Shown here piece after piece: positions 27,862 to 37,155 of a stretch of 64,000 nucleotides of DNA. A program made the position numbers and the translations under genes. How positions within the stretch are numbered: position 1 is the stretch's first letter; each line of letters starts with the position of its first letter. Origin of the DNA: Syntrophorhabdales bacterium (GTDB lineage: Bacteria; Desulfobacterota; Syntrophorhabdia; Syntrophorhabdales; WCHB1-27). A model generated the notes under the pieces. The model saw nothing but the letters and a program-made list of their open reading frames with translations. It did no database searches and had not been told where the DNA came from. Location of the stretch: assembly GCA_049521495.1 (NCBI GenBank), contig JBEKOT010000001.1:1242-65241 (forward strand). The letters run 5' to 3'.

Positions 27862-29280
27862 ATGCGAACTTTATTGCTCAATCCACCCTCCTTCAAGGGC
27901 TTCGACGGTAGTGCGGGTTCGCGCTACCAGGCATGCCGGGAGGTCCGTTCCTTCTGGTACCCGACCTGGCTAGCCTACCCCGCGGGAATGATCGGAGAGG
28001 CCCGGTTGCTAGATGCATCGGCCGAAGGAATGTCGCGGGAAGAGACGATCCGCGAGGCAGGCGGCTACGAATTGGTCATTATTCACACCGGTACGGCAAC
28101 CTTCGAGCACGATGCGGCCCTGGCAGGCGCGATCAAGGATGGCTACCCGCAGATGATGGTCGGCATGGTCGGCCCTCACGTGACCGTCTTTCCGGAAGAG
28201 AGCCTCCTTAAGGCGCCGGCCGTAGATTTTGCTGCCGTCGGCGAATTTGACGATACTGTCGTTGAAATAGCCCGGGGCAAGGCGCTTCCCGACGTAAGGG
28301 GCATCGTCTTTCGCCGGCAAGGATCGGTTCATAGGACTGCCCAAAGGCCTCTCATCGACGACCTCGACCGTCTCCCTTTTGTGACAAGCGTCTACGCGAG
28401 GGACCTGCACATAGAGAATTACTACATAGGATATCTGAGACACCCCTATGTCTCCGTCTATGCGGGCCGGGGCTGCCGTGGCCGCTGCACTTACTGCCTG
28501 TGGCCGCAGACCATAGGGGGCGGTGTTTACCGGGTGCGGAGCGCGGACAACATCTACGAGGAGATGTCCCTGGCAAAGAAGCTCTTCCCCCAGGTAAAAG
28601 AGTTCTTCTTCGACGACGACACATTCACCGACCATCCACGGCTTGAAGAGGTCGTCCGGAAGGTCGGCACCCTGGGCATTACCTGGTCGTGCAATGCAAG
28701 GGCCAACCTATCGAAAAAAACGCTCCACGTCCTCAAAGAGAATGGGTTGCGTCTCCTAACGGTGGGATTTGAATCGGGAAATCAGAAGATTCTAACGAAC
28801 GTCAGAAAAGGTATCAGCCCGGAGGGAGCGCGCAAGTTTTCGAAAGCGGCAAAAGAAGCGGGCATACTCATACACGGCACATTCATATTGGGACTCCCGG
28901 GCGAAACGAGGGAGACCATAGAAGAAACCGTGCGATTCGCGCGCGAAATTGACCCTTACAGCATCCAGGTCTCCCTTGCAGCTCCCTATCCCGGAACGGC
29001 GCTTTACGAAGAGGCAAGGCGTGAGGGCTGGCTTACCGGCGATGGGTCCGGGCTCGTGACCGACGGCATCCAGAATTCGGTTATCTCGTACCCCTGGCTC
29101 TCGAGCGAGGAGATATTCGAGGCTGTCGAGCGCTTCTACCGGCGCTTCTACCTGAGGCCTACCCCCATCTTGAGGATCCTGAAGGAGATGATCGGGGACA
29201 GGCATGAATTCACCAGGAGGATCAGGGAAGGGAGAGAGTTTTTTTCATTCATGGCCAAGCGAAAGGCAGCGCTTTCGTAG
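27862..29280 (+). CDS. hpnJ: Hopanoid biosynthesis-associated B12-binding radical SAM protein HpnJ
   Basis: MRTLLLNPPSFKGFDGSAGSRYQACREVRSFWYPTWLAYPAG (HpnJ-type N-terminus) and AGRGCRGRCTYCLWPQ (CxxxCxxC). Confidence 0.85.
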   Translation: MRTLLLNPPSFKGFDGSAGSRYQACREVRSFWYPTWLAYPAGMIGEARLLDASAEGMSREETIREAGGYELVIIHTGTATFEHDAALAGAIKDGYPQMMVGMVGPHVTVFPEESLLKAPAVDFAAVGEFDDTVVEIARGKALPDVRGIVFRRQGSVHRTAQRPLIDDLDRLPFVTSVYARDLHIENYYIGYLRHPYVSVYAGRGCRGRCTYCLWPQTIGGGVYRVRSADNIYEEMSLAKKLFPQVKEFFFDDDTFTDHPRLEEVVRKVGTLGITWSCNARANLSKKTLHVLKENGLRLLTVGFESGNQKILTNVRKGISPEGARKFSKAAKEAGILIHGTFILGLPGETRETIEETVRFAREIDPYSIQVSLAAPYPGTALYEEARREGWLTGDGSGLVTDGIQNSVISYPWLSSEEIFEAVERFYRRFYLRPTPILRILKEMIGDRHEFTRRIREGREFFSFMAKRKAALS

Positions 29281-29308
29281 CGGAGGAGGTAAACTGGGTC
29301 AGATACCT

Positions 29309-30196
29309 TTGAGTGACGGCAGATATCTCGTAATCTCGGCCGATGACTTCGGCCGTTCTTCGTCGATCAACCTGGCTGTCGCGACGGCCTTCGGCCGTGG
29401 CTTGCTCACTTCGGCGAGTATCGTCGCAGGAGGCGAGGCCTTCGAAGAGGCCGCCGGCCTGGCCGTCCGGAGCCCCCGGCTTTCGGTGGGACTCCACGTT
29501 ACGCTCTCGGACGGCCGCCCGGTCCTTCCGCGGGCGGCAGTTCCGGACCTGGTCGATGACGATGGCTGCTTCGCCCGTAAACCCTTGCGGGCCGGCATCG
29601 CTTACTGGAGGTTGAGAAGGTCCGTCGGCGATCAGATCGAGTCAGAGGTGCGGGCGCAGTTCGACAAGGCTGAAGCGGCCGGCATCCATCCCACCCATGT
29701 CGACTGTCACCACCACCTCCACATCCATCCTGTGCTGTTCGAGATAATTGCGAGGGAGGCGGCCAAAAGGGGCGCTGCCTGGATAAGGATTCCCAGAGAG
29801 CCCTTGCCTTTCCTTCTTCGCCTTCACGGGCCCAGGTTCGATGGAAGGGCCTTTGCCGCCTGGCTCGTTTTCGGGCTTCTTGCCCGACGGTGTCTGAGGA
29901 TAGCCGGCCGGTACGGGCTGCGGGTCCTGGACAACGTCTACGGGCTCTCCGGTACCGGCAGAATAGACGAGGAATATCTCCTTGCCCTTCTGCCCCGCGT
30001 GCGAGGTGAGACGAACGAGATATATGTCCATCCTGACATGGCTTCTGTTCAGGGATTGGCAGAAATGAAAGCGGTTGCGTCAAGGCGGGTCAAGGACACG
30101 CTGAAGGCCCTGGGCTTCGTGCTCGTCGGTTTCAGGGAGCTTTCCGACCGGCCGGCGGGTCTCCGATTGGCGGCCGAAGGGGCAGCGAAAACATGA
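29309..30196 (+). CDS. hpnK: Hopanoid biosynthesis-associated YdjC-like deacetylase HpnK
   Basis: YLVISADDFGRSSSINLAV and HVDCHHHLHIHP. Start is uncertain: TTG 29309 is chosen for the family-typical short N-terminus; CTG 29294 and ATG 29204 are alternatives. Confidence 0.8.
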   Translation: MSDGRYLVISADDFGRSSSINLAVATAFGRGLLTSASIVAGGEAFEEAAGLAVRSPRLSVGLHVTLSDGRPVLPRAAVPDLVDDDGCFARKPLRAGIAYWRLRRSVGDQIESEVRAQFDKAEAAGIHPTHVDCHHHLHIHPVLFEIIAREAAKRGAAWIRIPREPLPFLLRLHGPRFDGRAFAAWLVFGLLARRCLRIAGRYGLRVLDNVYGLSGTGRIDEEYLLALLPRVRGETNEIYVHPDMASVQGLAEMKAVASRRVKDTLKALGFVLVGFRELSDRPAGLRLAAEGAAKT

Positions 30197-30621
30197 AGAC
30201 GCTCATAGTGATCCTTATCGCGACCATGTGCACGGCAGTCGGAGAAACCTTCCTCAGTCTGGGCATGCGGAGGATCGGCCTGGAGAACCCTTCCTTCTGG
30301 AGGTGGTTCCTGCTCGTTGCCACAAACCCTTTCGTGCTTGTCGGGGTGTTTTGCGTGACCTGCTTCTTTTTTCTCTACCTAGCTGCCCTGTCATGGGCCG
30401 ATCTCAGTTTTGTTATGCCCCTAACGGCCCTCTCCTACCTTTTTGCGGCAGTACTCGCCAGGGTTTTCCTAGGAGAACAGATCTCATGGCTGCGATGGAC
30501 GGGGATCTTTGTCATCGTGGTCGGAATAGCGCTTGTGGCGGCAGAGGAGCGCCATCAACGGACAGTCGATATCCGCGCGAAAACCGCTCTCAGGTACTTC
30601 CTGGGCAAAAATAGGAGCTGA
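30193..30621 (+). CDS. Small single-EamA-domain (DMT superfamily, ArnE/ArnF-like) membrane protein
   Basis: 142 aa, 4-5 TM. LSFVMPLTALSYLFAAVLARVFLGEQISWLRWTGIFVIVVGIALV. ATGA overlap with the hpnK stop. Confidence 0.6.
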   Translation: MKTLIVILIATMCTAVGETFLSLGMRRIGLENPSFWRWFLLVATNPFVLVGVFCVTCFFFLYLAALSWADLSFVMPLTALSYLFAAVLARVFLGEQISWLRWTGIFVIVVGIALVAAEERHQRTVDIRAKTALRYFLGKNRS

Positions 30622-30648
30622 CACCCATGCAGGTTTCCACGGAGGATT

Positions 30649-32625
30649 ATGTCTCAGATGCTCATCGATAACCTTCATCTTCTCTCGCCCGAACCTGAAG
30701 AAAGGCCGTACGCCGAGTATAGCCAGGACCTAGCGGACCGGGCCTTGCAGGCCGTTGAGAAGACTGCCCACTACTTCATCCGCAGCCAGTATCCGGATGG
30801 TTACTGGTGGTTCGAGCTGGAATCGAACGTGACGATAACGGCAGAGTACCTCATGCTCCTCCACTTCGCCGGCATCGTGGACGACGAGAGGGATAGGAAG
30901 GTTGCCAACTATATCCTGAAGCATCAGCGACCTGACGGGACATGGGCGATATACAAGGGCGGCAGGGGCGACATCAGCACGAGCGTGGAGGCTTACTTCG
31001 CCCTGAAGCTGGCGGGGTATTCCTCGCAGGACCCGCGCATGACGCGGGCGCGAGAGTTCGTCAACGAAGCGGGTGGTCCGGGAGAAACAAGGTTCTTCAC
31101 CAAGATATTCCTTGCCCTTTTCGGCCAGTACGACTGGAAAGCGATCCCGTCGGTCCCGGTAGAGATCGTGCTCGTGCCTCCGTGGTTCCCCATCAACATC
31201 TATAACTTTTCAAGCTGGGCAAGGGCCACCTTTGTTCCATTGTCTGTCGTCCTAGATGCAAAACCCGTCAGGGCAATAAGCGATGGCCGGGGCATTTCCG
31301 AGCTCTTCGTCGGGGACGAAGCCGGCAGGTCGCGTACGAGGCGGGAGCCGATCCTCTCATGGAAGCGCTTCTTCTCGCAGCTCGACAGGCTGATAAAGGC
31401 AACCGAGGAGAGCCGCCTCCGGTCATGGAGAAAGAAGGGTCTGGAGCAGGCCCTTCGCTGGGTGCGTGAACATCAGGAGGAGACAGGCGACTGGGGCGGG
31501 ATACAACCGGCAATGGTCAATTCCATCCTCGCCCTCCTCGTCCAGGGCCACGACCTCTCATTCGAGCCGGTGAGGAAAGGATTAGAAGCGCTGGAAAGGT
31601 TTACCATCGAGCGGGAGGACGAGATGCTCCTCCAGTCGTGCATCTCCCCCGTGTGGGACACGGCCCTTACTGCCCTTGCCCTTACTTCTTCGGGTATGAA
31701 GGAAAACCACCCGGTCCTGACAAAGGCCTGCCAGTGGCTGGCAGATAAGCAGATCTTTAAGAAGGGAGACTGGAGTGTGAAGAGGCCCGACCTTGAGCCG
31801 GGCGGGTGGGCTTTTGAATTCGTCAACAACTGGTACCCCGATGTGGACGACACCGCCATAGTGCTTATGCTTGTGAACAAGTGCGGAGAGGAAAGGTTCC
31901 TCACGCCCGAGAATCACAAAAGAGCGGTCGAGTGGGTACTCGGCATGCAGGGTAAAGACGGCGGATGGGGGGCCTTCGATGTCGACAACAACGCGGAGGT
32001 GCTGAACCAGATACCCTTCGGGGACCTTGAGGCTATGATAGACCCTAGCACGCCCGATATCACCGGGAGGGTCCTCGAGCTGCTCGGCTGCATCGGCTAC
32101 CCCCGCTCCCATAAAATCGTAAAGGCGGCTGTCAGGTTCCTCAAGAAAACGCAGGAGAAGGACGGGCTCTGGTACGGCAGATGGGGGGTAAACTACCTAT
32201 ACGGGACATGGTCTGTCCTTGCAGGCCTGAACTCCATCCGGGAGAACATGACGAGACCCTATGTGAGAAAAGCTGTGGCTACCCTCAAGGAATGGCAGAA
32301 CGCCGACGGCGGATGGGGTGAGGCTTGTGAATCCTACGCGAACCCGCGGGCGAGGATGCCCTGGAAAAGCACCGCCTCTCAGACCGCCTGGGTGGTCATG
32401 GCGCTGATAGCAGCCGGAGAGGGTATGTGCCGGGAAGTGATTAATGGAGTGCGGTTCCTCCTCCAGACGCAGGCTCCCGACGGGACCTGGGCGGAGGAGG
32501 ATTTCACGGCCACCGGTTTTCCTAAGCATTTCATGATAAAATATCACAACTATCGGAACTGCTTCCCTCTCATGGCTATAGGCAGATTTCTCGCGGCGGC
32601 CCAAAAGGGCAAATCTCCCCGATAA
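30649..32625 (+). CDS. shc: Squalene-hopene cyclase
   Basis: DVDDTA (DxDD) and repeated QW-type motifs (QRPDGTWAIY, QGKDGGWGAF, QEKDGLWYGRWG, QNADGGWGE, QAPDGTWAE). GGAGGA RBS. Confidence 0.95.
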   Translation: MSQMLIDNLHLLSPEPEERPYAEYSQDLADRALQAVEKTAHYFIRSQYPDGYWWFELESNVTITAEYLMLLHFAGIVDDERDRKVANYILKHQRPDGTWAIYKGGRGDISTSVEAYFALKLAGYSSQDPRMTRAREFVNEAGGPGETRFFTKIFLALFGQYDWKAIPSVPVEIVLVPPWFPINIYNFSSWARATFVPLSVVLDAKPVRAISDGRGISELFVGDEAGRSRTRREPILSWKRFFSQLDRLIKATEESRLRSWRKKGLEQALRWVREHQEETGDWGGIQPAMVNSILALLVQGHDLSFEPVRKGLEALERFTIEREDEMLLQSCISPVWDTALTALALTSSGMKENHPVLTKACQWLADKQIFKKGDWSVKRPDLEPGGWAFEFVNNWYPDVDDTAIVLMLVNKCGEERFLTPENHKRAVEWVLGMQGKDGGWGAFDVDNNAEVLNQIPFGDLEAMIDPSTPDITGRVLELLGCIGYPRSHKIVKAAVRFLKKTQEKDGLWYGRWGVNYLYGTWSVLAGLNSIRENMTRPYVRKAVATLKEWQNADGGWGEACESYANPRARMPWKSTASQTAWVVMALIAAGEGMCREVINGVRFLLQTQAPDGTWAEEDFTATGFPKHFMIKYHNYRNCFPLMAIGRFLAAAQKGKSPR

Positions 32626-33632
32626 TGACGAAGGCTTTGGTGACTGGAGCGACCGGTTTTATCGGGTACCACGTGGCAAAGGTTCTCGAAAAGAAGGGTA
32701 TCGCCGTACGCGCCCTCGTGCGGGAGGGCTCGGAACTTTCCGCATTCGCGGCCATCGACGCGGAGCAGGTGCGGGGCGACCTTCGGGATTATGGGGCCGT
32801 CCTCCGGGCCGAAAGAGGCTGCGACAAGGTCTACCACGTGGGCGCAGATTATCGGCTGTGGGTGCGGGACCCGCAAACCATGTACGATGTGAACGTCAAG
32901 GGCACGGTCAACGTTATGCGGGGGGCGCTGGAAGCAGGCGTCTCAAAGGTGGTCTACACCAGCACCGTAGGCGTGCTCTCGCAGGAGAAAAATGGGAAGC
33001 CGGGCAACGAGGCAACGATCGCCCGCATCGAGGACATGACGGGACATTACAAAAGGTCGAAATTCCTCGCGGAGAAAGAGGTATTGGGCTTCGTCGAAAA
33101 AGGGCTGAACGCCGTGATCGTCAACCCCACTGCGCCAATTGGCGCTATGGACAGAAAACCGACACCCACGGGAAAGATAATAGTCGATTTTCTGAATGGG
33201 AGGATGCCGGCCTATCTCGATACGGGTCTCAATTTCGTGGATGTGGAGGATGTGGCAGAAGCGCATGTGTCTGCATCGGAGTCGGGCGTTACCGGGGAGA
33301 GGTACATATTGGGGAACGCCAACCTCACATTGAAACAGTTCCTTGGGATCCTGGCCGGACTGACCGGGAGGGAGCCGCCCCGGTGGAGGCTTCCCTATTG
33401 GCCTGTGCTCTGTCTCGCCAGGCTGAGTGAGGGCCTCTCCAAGGTGACGCGGACCAGGCCGGCGATTCCCGTTGACGGCGTCCGGATGGCGCGCCATTAC
33501 ATGTTTTTCGATTGCTCGAAGGCAGTAAGGGATCTGGGGATGGCGCAGAATTCAGTTGAAATGGCGGCCCGGAAGGCAATAGAATGGTATATAGGGAAAG
33601 GTTACGTAAAGAGGCCTTTGTCGGGGGGATAA
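32625..33632 (+). CDS. hpnA: Hopanoid-associated NAD-dependent sugar epimerase/dehydratase HpnA
   Basis: VTGATGFIGYHV Rossmann motif and YKRSKFLAE (YxxxK). TAATG overlap with the shc stop. Confidence 0.85.
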   Translation: MTKALVTGATGFIGYHVAKVLEKKGIAVRALVREGSELSAFAAIDAEQVRGDLRDYGAVLRAERGCDKVYHVGADYRLWVRDPQTMYDVNVKGTVNVMRGALEAGVSKVVYTSTVGVLSQEKNGKPGNEATIARIEDMTGHYKRSKFLAEKEVLGFVEKGLNAVIVNPTAPIGAMDRKPTPTGKIIVDFLNGRMPAYLDTGLNFVDVEDVAEAHVSASESGVTGERYILGNANLTLKQFLGILAGLTGREPPRWRLPYWPVLCLARLSEGLSKVTRTRPAIPVDGVRMARHYMFFDCSKAVRDLGMAQNSVEMAARKAIEWYIGKGYVKRPLSGG

Positions 33633-33633
33633 C

Positions 33634-34452
33634 ATGACTGAGAACGATCTCGACAAAAGGAAGGACCCGGCGGACAGACGGCTCGGAGACGAGTGGCTCG
33701 ACTGGAACGGGTCGACGGACCCCAATGACTCAGAGATTGACGAGAAGCTCACCACGTTTCTCACGCTGGCCGCCGGCGCGGTCCTTATATTTCTCGCGTG
33801 CTTGCAGCTAGGGTGGTATCTCGCCAAGCCCAGGTTCGAACAGCTTAGCCCGCTTCTATCGAGCCTCATCGAGTGGTCGGCCCTGGCGCTGGCCGCCATG
33901 GTCTTTATTCTGGTAGTGCTGGAGACGATCCTCCTCTTCAAATTCCGAAAATCGCTCTTCCCGTATATCTGGGGGGCGAAGTTTCTCCTGTCCCTTCTCT
34001 CGAAGAGCCTATGGCTCGGAGAGAAGCTCGGTATAAACAGGGACAGGGTGAGCAACTCCTTTATCAAGGTCCACAACCTGATGGTAAAAAGCCACGCCAG
34101 GGAGCTGAATGCGGACACGCTCCTGATCCTTCTGCCCCGGTGCCTTGAAAAGGATGCCAGACGGCAGGTAGTAGAGAGGGCTAACGGGAGGGCCGTCCAG
34201 GTCGTCACTGCCGCGGGCGGCGAAGAAGCAAGGAAGGCGATCAGGCAATACAGACCCTCCTTGATCCTTGCGATCGCGTGCGAAAGGGACCTCATCAGCG
34301 GCATCAGGGACGTGGCTGAGAAGATACCCGTCCTCGCCATACCGAACAAGAGGCCGGAGGGACCATGCAAGAATACGCATCTGCAGCTCGATGCCCTTGA
34401 TGACGCCCTCTCGTTTATCACGGCCAGGACGGGCAAGGCCACCAACCATTGA
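33634..34452 (+). CDS. DUF116-like membrane protein (unknown function)
   Basis: N-terminal TM helices, then LLILLPRCLEK...ILAIACERDLISGIRD...IPNKRPEGPCKNT, a conserved-Cys pattern recalled for DUF116. Starts 1 nt after the hpnA stop. Confidence 0.6.
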   Translation: MTENDLDKRKDPADRRLGDEWLDWNGSTDPNDSEIDEKLTTFLTLAAGAVLIFLACLQLGWYLAKPRFEQLSPLLSSLIEWSALALAAMVFILVVLETILLFKFRKSLFPYIWGAKFLLSLLSKSLWLGEKLGINRDRVSNSFIKVHNLMVKSHARELNADTLLILLPRCLEKDARRQVVERANGRAVQVVTAAGGEEARKAIRQYRPSLILAIACERDLISGIRDVAEKIPVLAIPNKRPEGPCKNTHLQLDALDDALSFITARTGKATNH

Positions 34453-34488
34453 AGCCTCCGGCCCGAAGCCCCAGCTGAGTGCAGCGCC

Positions 34489-35493
34489 ATGCGTTTTTCA
34501 CCAGGTCTTTCAGCGGCCCTCACGGGCCATTTTTTTAAGAACGCCCTCGCGGGACGGAAGCTGTTTCCCCTTGTCCTCATGTTGGAGCCGACGCACAGGT
34601 GCAATCTCTCGTGCGCCGGCTGCGACCGTATAAGACTCTATGAAAAGAGCCATGCACCCGACCTCACGCTCGATGAATGCTTTGAAGCCGTCTCGTCGTC
34701 AGGCGCCCCGGTGGTTACGGTTACGGGCGGCGAACCGCTCCTGTACGCCGGCTTGAAAGAGCTTCTCGCGGGTCTTTTCAATATGAGACGGCACGTGTAT
34801 CTTTGCACGAACGGACTGCTGGCGAGCTCTTTCGTAGGGGCTTTCGCGCCCGACCGACGCCTGACGCTCAGTTTCCATGTCGATGGCACAGAAGAAACGC
34901 ACGATCGCGTGACAGGCCGGCCGGGGTCATTCGCGACGACAATTGAAGCCATAAAGCGTGCCAAAGAGAGGGGTTTCCGTGTGTGGACGAACACCTCAAT
35001 CTACAAATGGACTCAAACGAAGCGCCTGATCGACCTCTTCTCCCTTTTGAAAGATCTACGGGTGGACGGTATTCTTGTCTCGCCTGCCTTCGGGTATGAG
35101 AGCGTCCGTGACGATATTTTCCTGTCAAAGGAGGAGGCAGCGGTAAAATTCACAGAGATGCGAAAGAGTCTTCGCGGCCTCCCGATGACCGGCACCCCTC
35201 TCTACTTCGATTTCCTTGAGGGAAAAGGGGAGATGGCTTGCACCCCCTGGGGCAGCCCGACGCGAAACCCCTTTGGCTGGAAGTCGCCCTGTTATCTCAT
35301 TACCGATACTTACCACGCCTCTTTTTCCGACCTTATGGAAAAGACCGAGTGGAAGGCATACGGGCCGGGCAGGGACGAACGCTGCACGAATTGCATGGTC
35401 CACAGCGGCTTCGAGCCGACCGCGATGCGGAAGGTATTCACCTGTCCCCGGACGATGCTCCGCCTTTTGTTGTGGAACATCCTTCCCTCCTGA
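34489..35493 (+). CDS. hpnH: Adenosylhopane synthase, radical SAM protein HpnH
   Basis: FPLVLMLEPTHRCNLSCAGCDRI, VTVTGGEPL and CTNCMVHSGFEPTA. Confidence 0.9.
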   Translation: MRFSPGLSAALTGHFFKNALAGRKLFPLVLMLEPTHRCNLSCAGCDRIRLYEKSHAPDLTLDECFEAVSSSGAPVVTVTGGEPLLYAGLKELLAGLFNMRRHVYLCTNGLLASSFVGAFAPDRRLTLSFHVDGTEETHDRVTGRPGSFATTIEAIKRAKERGFRVWTNTSIYKWTQTKRLIDLFSLLKDLRVDGILVSPAFGYESVRDDIFLSKEEAAVKFTEMRKSLRGLPMTGTPLYFDFLEGKGEMACTPWGSPTRNPFGWKSPCYLITDTYHASFSDLMEKTEWKAYGPGRDERCTNCMVHSGFEPTAMRKVFTCPRTMLRLLLWNILPS

Positions 35494-36380
35494 TGGAAGC
35501 ACTCCTGTCCCAAATCCTGGGCACGATCGCGCTGAGACCCTATTTCGTCGCCTTTCTTCTATCCTATTTCCTGGCCTGTTCGCTCCATCTCGGATTGAAG
35601 CGGGCCCTCCTCTTCGCGGTCTTCGGATACGCTATAGCGTGGGCCTCTGAATACTCATCCATACATAACGGCGTCCCTTACGGCCGCTATTTTTATATCG
35701 AAGCGACAAGGGGACGGGAGCTTTGGGTCCTCGGCGTGCCGTTCATGGATTCGATGAGCTTTGTCTTCCTCGCTTATGCATCCTACACGATGGCCCTTTT
35801 CACGATCTCCCCCGTGTTGCCGGCAGGCGGCCTCTACCTGCTTGAAACCAGAAAGATCAGAGGCTCATTCGGGGTGCGCCTCATGGGGGCGTTCTTCTTT
35901 ATGTATCTGGACATCATTATAGATCCGGTGGCCCTGAGAGGCGACAGGTGGTTCCTCGGCCGGCTGTACGGCTACGGGAGGGAAGGCGCTTACTTCGGGA
36001 TCCCCATCTCGAATTTCATCGGATGGCTCTGCGTCGGCTTCCTCCTTATCTACGCGTTGCAGCTGATAGACAGGCTTCTCCCCAGGAAAGACCTTTACGG
36101 TTCCTCCTTTCCCCGGAGGTATCTTTTTGGGCCGGCCCTCTATTTCGGCATCATCATATTCAATCTCACTATTACCTTTCTCATCGGCGAGTACAACCTG
36201 CTGTGGGCGGGCATCTTCATAGCGCTCCTGCCCTCCCTCCTGCTTGCCTCGGCCGTGAAGAAGAAGCTTTGCGGAGCCGGGCGCGATTCGGCCCTGGAGG
36301 CGCATGTGAGAGATTTCCCCGGTGTTGTGGTACCGGGAAGAGACACGCCTAGGAAAGGATCGCCCTGTTACAGCAACTGA
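35493..36380 (+). CDS. Polytopic membrane protein of the 'carotenoid biosynthesis protein' (CruF-like) family
   Basis: TGATG overlap with the hpnH stop. About 7 TM. IAWASEYSSIHNGVPYGRYFYIEA...WVLGVPFMDSMSFVFLAY resembles the family G-x-PFG-x-Y-x-Y / VP motifs, from memory. Confidence 0.55.
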   Translation: MEALLSQILGTIALRPYFVAFLLSYFLACSLHLGLKRALLFAVFGYAIAWASEYSSIHNGVPYGRYFYIEATRGRELWVLGVPFMDSMSFVFLAYASYTMALFTISPVLPAGGLYLLETRKIRGSFGVRLMGAFFFMYLDIIIDPVALRGDRWFLGRLYGYGREGAYFGIPISNFIGWLCVGFLLIYALQLIDRLLPRKDLYGSSFPRRYLFGPALYFGIIIFNLTITFLIGEYNLLWAGIFIALLPSLLLASAVKKKLCGAGRDSALEAHVRDFPGVVVPGRDTPRKGSPCYSN

Positions 36381-37102
36381 AGCAGGTTGTTTAAAGCCAG
36401 GGCCAGGCTGTGTGACGCAATGTTCGAGCTGCGGCGGAGTTTTATGCCGTGGACCAGCAAACGGGGCCGCGAAAGGAATAGCCGGACCGCCCTATAGGTC
36501 CTGTACGTACCGGTGCTGTCGCAGACGGCCCGGGGGTCGAAGGGGAGATCCTCGGAAGCACCGTCGCTTACACCCCTGATGGCTAAAAAGGAAAGCCCGT
36601 GCGCCAGCGAGAGCCGGGCCAGGACGAAGGTCTCCATGTCACAGACCGGAAGGGGAGTGCCGGAGGGCACTATACGGACGATCTCCTCCTTCTTCATCGG
36701 CTCCGAAAGGGTAAAAAATGTGCCCGCCCTGATGGGGATGCGTGCGGATAAGGCCTTCAGGAGCCCTCCTTGATCGGGCAGGGAAATCGTATCGAAGCCT
36801 TTCTTGTTGGTCAGGCAGACCTGTGAGGCCCAGATGAGATCCCCGACCCCGGCATCATGGGTGAGGGCACCACAGTAACCGAGGGAGACCGCTGCATCGG
36901 CTTTTTCTGTCTCCATCAGGCGAAGAAAAACGCGAGTTGCACTCTCCATGCCTACACCGGTCTCTGCGGCCACTATCGTGTGGGAGGGGTGGCCGAAGCG
37001 GAAGACCCTGAAAGGGAGGCCCGACAATCTTGTCTTACTCCCCAGCATTCTGCTTGCCTCCCCGATCTCCCTCGGAACGGCCCAAAAAAGGAGCAACCTC
37101 AT
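36368..37102 (-). CDS. hpnG: Hopanoid-associated phosphorylase/nucleosidase HpnG (PNP_UDP fold)
   Basis: AETGVGMESATRVF and PVCDMETFVLARL...LAIRGVSDGA resemble MTA/SAH-nucleosidase motifs. The 3' end overlaps the convergent upstream gene by 13 nt. Confidence 0.75.
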   Translation of the reverse strand: MRLLLFWAVPREIGEASRMLGSKTRLSGLPFRVFRFGHPSHTIVAAETGVGMESATRVFLRLMETEKADAAVSLGYCGALTHDAGVGDLIWASQVCLTNKKGFDTISLPDQGGLLKALSARIPIRAGTFFTLSEPMKKEEIVRIVPSGTPLPVCDMETFVLARLSLAHGLSFLAIRGVSDGASEDLPFDPRAVCDSTGTYRTYRAVRLFLSRPRLLVHGIKLRRSSNIASHSLALALNNLLQLL

Positions 37103-37155
37103 AATGCCCTATTTTACTACCTGCCGCCCGGTCTTGTGAAGCCTGCGGAGGAATT

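Noticed and set aside
29204-29308. ATG 29204 as the hpnK start (77-nt overlap with hpnJ)
   Set aside because: It would add ~35 non-conserved residues before the family-typical N-terminus (…YLVISADDFG). This is kept as an alternative only.
33552-34604. 350-aa minus-strand ORF (similar long antisense ORFs occur at 5538-6461 and 42238-43335)
   Set aside because: All lie antisense to genes with clear family signatures and show shadow-ORF composition.
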